Positions 31,552 through 43,559 of a stretch of DNA of 64,000 nt are shown here, one piece after another (the first letter of the stretch is position 1; every line of letters begins with the position of its first letter). This stretch comes from an uncultured Verrucomicrobiae bacterium (lineage in GTDB: Bacteria > Verrucomicrobiota > Verrucomicrobiia > Chthoniobacterales > UBA10450). A program made the translations under genes and the position numbers. The notes under the pieces are model-generated. The model saw nothing but the letters and a program-made list of their open reading frames with translations. It ran no database searches and was not told the origin of the DNA. The DNA lies in assembly GCA_963815455.1 (NCBI GenBank), contig CAWFGO010000001.1:640001-704000 (forward strand), written 5' to 3'.

Positions 31552-32826
31552 ATGAACGCCGGGAAGAACCAACCGCATGTCGTAATCGTTGGCGGCGGTT
31601 TCGGCGGGCTTCAGGCGGCCAAGCAATTAGCCTGCGAAAACGTTCAGATCACGGTCATCGATCGGGCCAATTATCATCTCTTTCAACCCCTGCTCTATCA
31701 GGTCGCGACGGCCGCGCTTTCGCCCGCCGATATCGCGGCGCCCATCCGGGCCGTCCTGAGCAAATGCAGTAACGTGGAAGTGATCCTGGCCGAAGTGCAA
31801 TCGGTCGATGTCGATGCCAGAAAAATCAAAACGGCCGATATCGAGATCGATTACGATTTTCTCATTCTCGCGACCGGCGCTCGCCATTCCTATTTCGGCC
31901 ATGACGAATGGGAAAAACTGGCGCCCGGATTGAAAAGTCTCGAAGACGCCATTGAAGTTCGCCGTCGGTTGCTTATGGCTTTCGAGTACGCGGAAAAGAC
32001 CGGGGATGAAGCGAGCCGCAAAGCAGCGATGACGTTCGTGATCATCGGGGGCGGACCGACCGGGGTGGAACTGGCCGGCGCCATCGCGGAAATCGCTCGC
32101 CATACCCTCGCGAAAGACTTTCGCCACATCGATCCATCGCAAGCCCGCGTCATTCTCGTGGAAGGCGAGCCGCGTTTGCTCGCCTCGTTTCCGGAGGATT
32201 TATCGGCCAGCGCGCTGAAACAACTTGTCGATCTTGGCGTGGAAGTTCGCACCGGCGTGCATGCCACCAATTTAAGCGACGCCGGCGTCCAGGTGGGCGA
32301 TGAATTTGTTCCGTGTCGGGTGAAAATTTGGGCGGCGGGCAACAATGCTTCTTTTATCGGCAAGACACTCGGAGTACCAGTCGATCGGGTCGGCCGCGTT
32401 TTGGTCAACGACGACCTGACGATCCCGGGCCATCCGGAGGTCCAGGTGATCGGTGACCTGGCGAATTTCCCGCATCAAACCGGCAAACCGCTGCCGGGCG
32501 TTTCGCCAGTTGCGATGCAACAGGGACGCCACGCCGCTCGCAACATTTTGGCGATGATTGACGGGCGCGAACCGCAGACATTCAGCTATTGGGACAAGGG
32601 GAGCATGGCGACGATTGGCCGGAACAAAGCCGTGGCCGATCTGCGCTGGCTGCATCTCAGCGGACTTCCAGCCTGGCTGGCGTGGTTGTTCGTCCACATT
32701 ATTTTCCTGGTCGGTTTCCGAAATCGCTTTGCCGTTCTCTTTCAGTGGGCCTGGGCTTATTTGACGTTCAACAAAGGCGCGCGACTGATTACGCGCAATT
32801 TTCAGGCCGAACAAAGACCGCCATGA
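31552..32826 (+). CDS. ndh: Type II NADH dehydrogenase family FAD-dependent oxidoreductase
   Basis: GGGFGG, HLFQPLLYQVAT, GGGPTGVELAG, WAAG, KGSMATIGR. Confidence 0.9.
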   Translation: MNAGKNQPHVVIVGGGFGGLQAAKQLACENVQITVIDRANYHLFQPLLYQVATAALSPADIAAPIRAVLSKCSNVEVILAEVQSVDVDARKIKTADIEIDYDFLILATGARHSYFGHDEWEKLAPGLKSLEDAIEVRRRLLMAFEYAEKTGDEASRKAAMTFVIIGGGPTGVELAGAIAEIARHTLAKDFRHIDPSQARVILVEGEPRLLASFPEDLSASALKQLVDLGVEVRTGVHATNLSDAGVQVGDEFVPCRVKIWAAGNNASFIGKTLGVPVDRVGRVLVNDDLTIPGHPEVQVIGDLANFPHQTGKPLPGVSPVAMQQGRHAARNILAMIDGREPQTFSYWDKGSMATIGRNKAVADLRWLHLSGLPAWLAWLFVHIIFLVGFRNRFAVLFQWAWAYLTFNKGARLITRNFQAEQRPP

Positions 32827-33752
32827 GAATCGCGGTCGTTGGTGCGGGAGCGATCGGTTCTTATTATGGCGCAAAGCTCGCCCACGGCGGCAGCGACGTT
32901 CATTTTCTGATGCGGGGAGATTTGAGCGAGGTGCGGCAAAAAGGAATCTACGTCCGTGGCGCAGGAGAAGATTTTCGTGTCCCGAAAGTTAACTGCTACA
33001 ACTCCACAAGAGAGATTGGCCCGTGCGACCTGGTTCTCGTTGCGCTCAAGGCAACTTCCAATGCCGACCTTGTCGATCTTGTCCCGTCACTTCTGCACGA
33101 ACAGACGATGCTGCTCACCTTGCAGAACGGCCTCGGCAACGAAGAATTTCTGGCCGGGCACTTCGGTCCGGAACGCGTGCTGGGCGGACTTTGCTTTATT
33201 TGTTTGAGCCGCGTTTCGCGGATCGAAGTCGGGCGCTACGATTACGGTCATATTGTGATCGGCGAGCACGGGCGCAGCCCAGGCGAACGGACCCACTGGA
33301 TCGCCGCAAGATTCGCCGCCCGCGGGATCAAGTGCAGCGTTGCCCAGGATCTCGCCCTCGAACGCTGGCGTAAGCTGGTTTGGAACATTCCGTTTAACTC
33401 GTTGTCGATCCTGGCCGGCGGAATCGACACCGCCGTCATTCTCGCCGATGACGCTCTGCGCCGCGCGACTCTGGCGCTGATGCACGAGGTCGTCGAAGCG
33501 GCCAACAAATGCAAACATGCATTGGAGAGCGGCGAAGTGGCAAAACAAATGAAACGGACCGAAGAGATGGGCGCCTACAAGCCTTCTACCCTGCTCGATT
33601 GGGAAGCGGGCAAACCGCTTGAGATCGAAGCGATTTGGGGCGAACCATTGCGTCGCGCCGCCGCGGCTGGCGCAACGATACCGCGTCTCGAAGTCGTTCA
33701 TGCGTTGCTGAAATCGCTCGATGCCGAAAGGCGTAACCGGAGGAATCGATAA
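32823..33752 (+). CDS. panE: 2-dehydropantoate 2-reductase
   Basis: MRIAVVGAGAIG, LQNGLGNE, W.KLVWN, STL.D...G...E. Confidence 0.9.
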   Translation: MRIAVVGAGAIGSYYGAKLAHGGSDVHFLMRGDLSEVRQKGIYVRGAGEDFRVPKVNCYNSTREIGPCDLVLVALKATSNADLVDLVPSLLHEQTMLLTLQNGLGNEEFLAGHFGPERVLGGLCFICLSRVSRIEVGRYDYGHIVIGEHGRSPGERTHWIAARFAARGIKCSVAQDLALERWRKLVWNIPFNSLSILAGGIDTAVILADDALRRATLALMHEVVEAANKCKHALESGEVAKQMKRTEEMGAYKPSTLLDWEAGKPLEIEAIWGEPLRRAAAAGATIPRLEVVHALLKSLDAERRNRRNR

Positions 33753-33757
33753 TCATC

Positions 33758-34201
33758 ATGTCCAAAGACGACGCCCTCCCCAAAATCAACGTCCGAAATC
33801 TGCAGCGCGTCGTGAGGGTCGATCTTGCCGGGCTGAGAAAATCAGCGGAACAGATTCTCGAACGGGTATTACGAATTCGTGCCGGCAAGCAGACGCAACT
33901 GAGCCGATTGAAGGAAGTCTTCGTCTTGCTCGTCTCCGACGCGCGGATGGCAAAATTGCATCGACAATTCCTCAATCAATCGGGTCCGACCGATGTCCTG
34001 ACGTTCGATCACGGCGAGATTTTCATCAGTGGCCAGACCGCGCGACGCAATGCTCGAGCATTCGGAAATTCGTTGGCCGGCGAATTGCTATTGTACGTCG
34101 CGCATGGCCTGCTCCATCTGCACGGCTTCGACGATCGAACGGAAATCGACGCCCGCGAAATGGCAACGGAACAGGAGAACATTCTCGCCGCGATCAAATA
34201 G
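33758..34201 (+). CDS. ybeY: rRNA maturation endoribonuclease YbeY
   Basis: PTDVLTF, GEIFIS, HGLLHLHGFDD (third His replaced by Asp). Confidence 0.9.
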   Translation: MSKDDALPKINVRNLQRVVRVDLAGLRKSAEQILERVLRIRAGKQTQLSRLKEVFVLLVSDARMAKLHRQFLNQSGPTDVLTFDHGEIFISGQTARRNARAFGNSLAGELLLYVAHGLLHLHGFDDRTEIDAREMATEQENILAAIK

Positions 34202-34241
34202 CTTCTTTGAAGCGACACGGCCGTATGTTAACCTTTTTCCC

Positions 34242-34649
34242 ATGAGCTGGGAGCCACGGCGAGGGCCCGTTGGAATCGCCCCGAGAGTATTCGGCGCTGA
34301 TCGTGGAGCTGCCGCGACGCTGGAAGCTTCAATAAGCGTTTCGAACCAGCAGCCTGGTCCGGCGACCATTGAGGGCCCTTCCATCGAAAAAGAAACGCGC
34401 TCCAAAGAAGATCTCGATCTTCCCTGGCTGGTCGTGGTGCACAACGATCCAGTGAACCTGATGACTTATGTGACGATGGTTTTCCAGCGCGTGTTCGGTT
34501 TTCCGCGCGAAAAAGCAGAACGCCACATGCTGGAGGTGCATCAAAAAGGACGCTCGATTTTGTGGAGCGGAATGCGCGAGCGTGCGGAGCTTTACGTGCA
34601 GCAACTGCATGGCTATCTGCTGCTCGCCACGCTCGGAAAAGCCGACTGA
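34242..34649 (+). CDS. clpS: ATP-dependent Clp protease adaptor ClpS
   Basis: VVVHNDPVNLMTYV..V...VFG......MLEVH..G; start uncertain. Confidence 0.88.
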   Translation: MSWEPRRGPVGIAPRVFGADRGAAATLEASISVSNQQPGPATIEGPSIEKETRSKEDLDLPWLVVVHNDPVNLMTYVTMVFQRVFGFPREKAERHMLEVHQKGRSILWSGMRERAELYVQQLHGYLLLATLGKAD

Positions 34650-34650
34650 T

Positions 34651-35171
34651 ATGGAAATTTGCCGGCGAGATGGTGACGATCGAGATTTCCGATCTCGATC
34701 CATTTCTGGCAGAGCTTCTTCGCCAGATTCCAGCCAGCACCGATCCCGAAGGCGTGCCGGCGGCCGAGCAACGGCTCTTTATGCCGCCGGCCGATGCCGG
34801 GGAAAAGGAGATTTTGCCAGAGTGGAAAACTTTATGTCGAACCGGAGTTGCGGCGGCTATTTCGATCGGCCACAGAAACGGTGGCTGAGGATTTGAAGCA
34901 ACTCGACGGAAAAGAAGAACCGTTTGCCAATCGCAACACTGCGCATCCCGGCGAAGAACATGCGATGCCTGGCTCAACGCACTCAATCAGGCGCGACTCG
35001 CCCTGGCCGCGAAATACAATTTTACCGACGGCGAATTATGCGATCACAATCGTTCGCCGGTTGGCATCGCGCCGCGACTTGAGTCTGTTCCAGGTAAATT
35101 TCTACGGCTTTATCCAGGAATTCATCCTGCGCGACACCGGACAGCAGCGAGGCGCCGGTCTCATCGGGTAA
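34651..35171 (+). CDS. DUF2017-like protein (frameshifted)
   Basis: AEQRLF.P, EW..YVEPEL, WLNALNQARL pieces across frames; directly follows clpS. Confidence 0.6.
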
Positions 35172-35194
35172 TGGGCCTTGAATCAGAAACGTCG

Positions 35195-35432
35195 CTATTG
35201 CTGTTTCCGCTCTTTGACCATCGACATCAGCCGGTCTTTGATCGCAGCGGAAGCTTTGGCCGGACGCAAACTCAAAGCAAACGCCTCATGCAATGCATAG
35301 CATTCGGCGATAAAATCTTCGCCTTTCTGCCCAAACTTCTTGCGCGCCTTCTCAAACTCTCTTGTCTCTGCCGGGATCTAGCGCGCCGATAACGTAAAGG
35401 CGCGAGCGCTTTTGGAATTCTTCAAAGCTCAT
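35195..35432 (-). CDS. Short anti-sigma-like protein (frameshifted; not in ORF track)
   Basis: Manual translation MSFEEFQKRSRLYVIGALDP..EFEKARKK...ECYALHEAFALSLRP....IKDRLM; overlaps the end of the sigma gene. Confidence 0.6.
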
Positions 35433-36143
35433 CTTTCAGTTCCTTCAGTCCGTCATAGATTTTTTTCAGTCCGAGTTCAAGTCTCGTCTTCACTGTTCCC
35501 AATGGTGTATTCGTTTTTGCGGCGATTTCGCGCTGGCTCATCCCGCGAAAAAATGCCAGCTCGATGGCCTCCCGCTGCGCCGGTGGAATTCGCGTTAATG
35601 ACTTTGCCGCACAAGCTTGCGCGTATCGCTGAAGGTGATTTCCTCCTCGGTGGAGTTATGGACCCAGGCGTCGGGTTGTTGCTCGGTTTCGGCTTGCAGG
35701 CGTTCTTCGGCGCGGGCGTAAGCCTGCTTTTTCCGCAGACCATCGATCGCACGGCGCCGGGCCAGCGTAACCATCCATCCCAACGGCTTGCCTTTTTCGG
35801 CCGAGAAGTTTTTGGCCTGCTTCCAGATCTCCATGAAGATCTCCTGTAGCAGATCGTCGGCCTCAGCGTCGTTGTGGATCACGCGCAAAATCAGCGCTTT
35901 CAAGATTCCGTTGTAACGATCGTATAGTTGGGAAAGAGCATCCGGGTTCTCGGCCTGGATGCCTTCCATCAGCTCGAGATCGCTGGGCCCTTCCGGCTCG
36001 ACCTTTGGAGGAGGAGCCGCCGCGTGCAACTCGTTGACGACTATTTTCGCGGACCGGACTCTTCTTTCGGCAGCGTTTTTCGGCCGGCCGCGCTTTGTCT
36101 TGGTCTGAGGACGAGATCGGCCGGTGCGACGCATCTGGCTCAT
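35422..36143 (-). CDS. ECF sigma factor (frameshift near 35600)
   Basis: ALSQLYDRY, ADDLLQEIF..IW, LP..QREAIELAFFRGMSQREIA...TPLGTVKTRL. Confidence 0.88.
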
Positions 36144-36343
36144 TTAGGTGCAGCCGGCGGCTTCGTCCAACCCTTTCCATCGGTTGCCGATTAAGCCTTG
36201 ACCGCCGGGCAGCCGTCCCGATACGCTCGCCTCCAGCAACGCGAATTGACCCCGAAAGTTTCGGGGTCTTGACCGCCAGAGTGGCAGAAAGGGCACTGTG
36301 CGATCCTGCGTTAGAAAAGTAACCCTGAGGAAAGGAAATTTAG

Positions 36344-37031
36344 ATGAAATTACTGACATCACTTATTGCAATTACCGCACTTGGACTTGCTGCTTCGGCA
36401 TTCGCACAAGAGGAAGAAACCACGTCGCCGACAGAGGAGCAACCTTCTACCACAATCGAGGAAACCCCGGCAACGTCCGCACCGTCCGTTGAGACCACCC
36501 CCAGTCCGGCCGAGCCAATGACCCCGGCCCCCGCCGCCACAATGGCTCCGGCTTCGAAGCCCGCAAAGGCCGCAGCCCCCGAGGCTTCACCAGCGAAGGC
36601 CGAAAGCGGCATGCACCCATGGCCGCACCCACGCCATCGGGAAAGAAAATGAGCGTCGAAGCAACGTCTAAAGGACAACGAAAATCGCTGGGCAGCGGCC
36701 GCCGGCAAGCACGATGTCGAAGCTGTGGAAGCGATGGTGGCCAGCGATTTCATGGGCGTGAGTTCAAAAGGCAAAATCCAGAGCCGGCGCGCCATGTTGA
36801 GCGAGATGAAGGGCGACAAAGACACTTACACATCGGACAAGAACGAGAAACTCGAGGTGCGTAAGTACGGCAATAACATGGCGGTTGTGATCGGGACCTA
36901 TCGCGAAAAAGGCACCGGCAAAGACGGCAAAGCTTTCGATCGCAGCTACCGATTTCACCGATACTTGGGTCGAGCGCAACGGCCAATGGAAATGCGTTGC
37001 CGGCCAGGCCATGCTTCTGGGGAAACGATAA
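36344..37031 (+). CDS. Secreted NTF2-like/DUF4440 protein with low-complexity N-terminus (frameshifted)
   Basis: Signal peptide; [11 protein letters not shown]..., [21 protein letters not shown]...GQWKCVA across frames. Confidence 0.7.
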
Positions 37032-37174
37032 GACCGTTTCCACCTCAAATTAGACGACCAAGTTTCGACGGCAGCCACTCGATGTGGCTGCCGTCGCTTT
37101 TTTTGGCAACGTCGGCTTTTCTGTTTCCAATCGCGCGATTGCGCGAGGCGATTTGTGCAGCAAAGGTTAGCCAC

Positions 37175-40474
<3,300 letters not shown>

Positions 40475-40569
40475 GATGAATTACCAGACAGAGATCAAGA
40501 ATTCTGTTCCATTATCCGTGAAAATCTGTGCCAATCTATCGCTGCCAAAAATAACACCGGAGAAATCTG

Positions 40570-41242
40570 ATGAACAAATACCTGGACCAGCATCGACAAT
40601 GACATCGCGGAGAAACATCTCCTGAAACATCCGTTTTATCTCGCGTGGACCCGCGGTGAGCTGAGCAAGGAAGCGCTGACCGATTACGCGCGGCAATATT
40701 ATCATCACGTCGCCGCGTTTCCGACTTATCTCTCGGCCGTGCACTCAAACTGCGACGATCAGGCGACGCGAAAGCAATTGCTCGACAATCTGGTGGACGA
40801 AGAAGCCGGCTCGCCGAATCATCCCGAGCTTTGGCTCAAATTCGCCGAAGGTCTCGATGTTTCCGATGTCGATGTACGGAATACGGGGAAACAACGGGAG
40901 ACAGAGAATTTGATCGACACGTTTCGATCGGTTTGCGGCGAAGGCTCGACCGCGGAGGGTCTGGCCGCGCTTTACGCTTATGAGAGCCAGATTCCGGCGA
41001 TCTGCGAATCGAAGATCGACGGACTAAAGAAGCATTACGGCTTCACTGATCCGAAACATTACGAGTATTTCAGCGTGCACATCGAAGCCGACCGGGAGCA
41101 TTCAGCTGCCGAACGCAAAATGCTGAAGTCGTACATCGACAGTTCCAACGTCGAGCCAGTCCGCGCATCTGTGAATCGCGTTCTGGACGCGCTCTGGGAG
41201 ATGCTCTCCGGCGTTTGTCGAAGGCACGCGATTGCCTGCTAG
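40570..41242 (+). CDS. CADD-family heme-oxygenase-like diiron protein (putative pABA synthesis), frameshift near 40590
   Basis: HLLKHPFYLAW..G.L, DEE....NHPELW, YAYESQIP....KI.GL..HY, HIEADREH. Confidence 0.85.
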
Positions 41243-41308
41243 GGTAAGCGGCTGACACAGCCGCCTCTACACTTTTGCGGGTCGCAAAAGCACGTATTGT
41301 CATTGGCT

Positions 41309-42085
41309 ATGCAGCAGCAAGTTTTGGCGGGAAAGACCGGTGTCGTTTTTGGTGTGGCCAATAAACGCAGCATTGCCTGGGCGATTGCCAAGGCGTGGGC
41401 GAATGCCGGCGCGAAATTGATTTTTAACTACCAGGGCGAACGCCTGAAGGAAAACGTCGAGGAACTCGTAGGCGAATTCGGAGAGAAAACGCCTTTTTTT
41501 CCATGTGACGTATCGAGCGATTCTGAGATCGCGTCGTTTTTCGAAAAAATCCGCGGCGAGACCAATCAGGTCGATCTTTTACTGCATTCGGTTGCATTCG
41601 CGCCGAAGGAAGCGCTGGAAGGCGATTTTGTAAGCACTACACGAGAAGCGTTTCGCACGGCGCACGATATCAGCGCCTACTCGCTGGTGGCGCTTTCGTG
41701 CGCAGTCGCGCCGATGATGACCAACGGCGGCAGCATTCTGGCCATGACCTATTATGGCGCCGAAAAAGTTGTGCCGCACTACAACGTCATGGGTGTGGCC
41801 AAGGCGAGTCTGGAAGCATCTACCCGGTATCTGGCCTACGATCTCGGGCCGAAGAAAATTCGGGTGAACTGTATTTCGGCCGGGCCGGTCCAAACGCTCG
41901 CCGCGCGCGGGATTAGCGGTTTTACGTCGATGTTGAAGCATTACCAGGAACGCGCGCCTTTGAAACGCAGTTGCGACCCGGCTGAGCTGGGCGAGACCGG
42001 GGTCTTTCTTGCCAGCGACGGCGCGGCCGCCATTACAGGCCAGGTAATCTACGTGGATGGCGGTTACCAGATCATGGGCATGTGA
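41309..42085 (+). CDS. fabI: Enoyl-ACP reductase
   Basis: GVANKRSIAWAIA, YNVMGVAKASLEA, SAGPVQTLAA. Confidence 0.95.
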   Translation: MQQQVLAGKTGVVFGVANKRSIAWAIAKAWANAGAKLIFNYQGERLKENVEELVGEFGEKTPFFPCDVSSDSEIASFFEKIRGETNQVDLLLHSVAFAPKEALEGDFVSTTREAFRTAHDISAYSLVALSCAVAPMMTNGGSILAMTYYGAEKVVPHYNVMGVAKASLEASTRYLAYDLGPKKIRVNCISAGPVQTLAARGISGFTSMLKHYQERAPLKRSCDPAELGETGVFLASDGAAAITGQVIYVDGGYQIMGM

Positions 42086-42089
42086 TTTT

Positions 42090-42167
42090 CCGCTCTTACT
42101 CTTACTCTTGCTCCTGCTCATACTCATGATCGAAAAAGAGGAAGCCGAGCATGAGCAAGAGTAGGAG
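42090..42167. repeat. Hexamer-period inverted repeat (CTCTTA/CTCTTG versus GAGCAA/GAGTAG)
   Basis: CGCTCTTACTCTTACTCTTGCTCCTGCTCATACTC ... GAGCATGAGCAAGAGTAGGAG. Confidence 0.7.
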
Positions 42168-43533
42168 TGTCGCCGACGAGTTGCGAGAACTGCTCGGATC
42201 GGATTGTGTCAGCAACGATCCCGAAACGCTCGCCGCCCACAGCGGCGACAAATGGTTTGCGTCACATGCGCCTGAGGTGGTCGCTTATGCAGGATCGACA
42301 TCGGACGTAAGCAAGCTGCTTCAATTCGCCTCGCGCCAGAAAATTCCGGTGACGGCGCGGGGCGCCGGTTATGGTTACGTGGGCGGATGTGTCCCGGTGC
42401 GCGGCGGGATTGTGTTGTCCCTCGCCCGGATGAATCGAATCAAGGAGATCCATTTTGCCGACGCAATCGCGGTCGTCGAGCCGGGCGTCCTGACGGCTGA
42501 CTTAAAAGCAGCGGTGCGCGGACAGAAACTGCTTTATCCGCCCGATCCGGCAAGCATGAAAAATTGCTCGATCGGCGGCAACGTCGCGACCAACGCAGGA
42601 GGGCCGCGCTGCCTGAAGTACGGTGTCACCCGCAATTATGTGATTGGACTCGAAGTTGTCCTGGCGAGCGGCGAAATCCTGCGAACCGGCGGGCGGGTCC
42701 ACAAAAATAAGACCGGATTCGATCTGATCAGCCTCTTCGTCGGGTCGGAAGGGATGCTTGGCATCGTCACCGAAATCACAATTCGTCTTCTTCCTTTGCC
42801 GCCAGCCCGCGCGACACTGTCAGCAGCATTCCCAAACATGTCGCAAGCGGCCGAAGCCGTGCAGGAGATTTTCGCGGCGGGATTCTTGCCATCTTCGCTG
42901 GAGATCGCCGACAGCTTCACGCTGGAGGCAGCCCGGAAAGACCTCGGCGAAGCGATTGTACCGCCAGGAAACGCACATTTGCTTGTCGATCTTGATGGCC
43001 AGGAGGTGAGCGTACGAAATGAGGCGGAGACAATTCGCGAATTACTCGCCGTGAAAAGGCCGAACGCGCTCGAGGTGGCAACCGGCGAAACCGATTGCGA
43101 AAAACTTTGGGCTCTTCGACGGCAGTTTAGCGATTCATTGCGCGCGACCGGACTAACGAAATTGAATGAGGACGTAGTCGTCCCGCGGAGTCACATTGTC
43201 GATCTTGTCGAATTCGCCGAGGCGCTACAGGCCAAACACGGATTTCCGATCGCCTGTTTCGGTCATGCCGGCGACGGCAACATCCACGTCAACATTATGG
43301 CCGACCGCTACAATCGCGACGCTACCGTTCGAGAGAAGGTCGAGGTTGCGCTAAACGAACTGTTCGCCCAAGTGCTGGCCTGGGGAGGCGTGATCACCGG
43401 CGAACACGGAATCGGTCTGGCCAAAAAGCGCTGGTGGCCGGAGGCGACCAGCAACGTTTCTCGAGATGTTCACACCGCGCTGAAACGAGCCCTCGATCCG
43501 GATGGGATTTTGAATCCCGGAAAATTTCTTTGA
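42151..43533 (+). CDS. FAD-linked oxidase, GlcD / D-lactate dehydrogenase family
   Basis: PPDPAS...SIGGNVATNAGGPRCLKYG, GSEG.LG, GHAGDGNIH, GEHGIG, DP.GILNPGK. Confidence 0.9.
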   Translation: MSKSRSVADELRELLGSDCVSNDPETLAAHSGDKWFASHAPEVVAYAGSTSDVSKLLQFASRQKIPVTARGAGYGYVGGCVPVRGGIVLSLARMNRIKEIHFADAIAVVEPGVLTADLKAAVRGQKLLYPPDPASMKNCSIGGNVATNAGGPRCLKYGVTRNYVIGLEVVLASGEILRTGGRVHKNKTGFDLISLFVGSEGMLGIVTEITIRLLPLPPARATLSAAFPNMSQAAEAVQEIFAAGFLPSSLEIADSFTLEAARKDLGEAIVPPGNAHLLVDLDGQEVSVRNEAETIRELLAVKRPNALEVATGETDCEKLWALRRQFSDSLRATGLTKLNEDVVVPRSHIVDLVEFAEALQAKHGFPIACFGHAGDGNIHVNIMADRYNRDATVREKVEVALNELFAQVLAWGGVITGEHGIGLAKKRWWPEATSNVSRDVHTALKRALDPDGILNPGKFL

Positions 43534-43559
43534 TCTACAGGTGGCTGGTTCTGCCTCGG

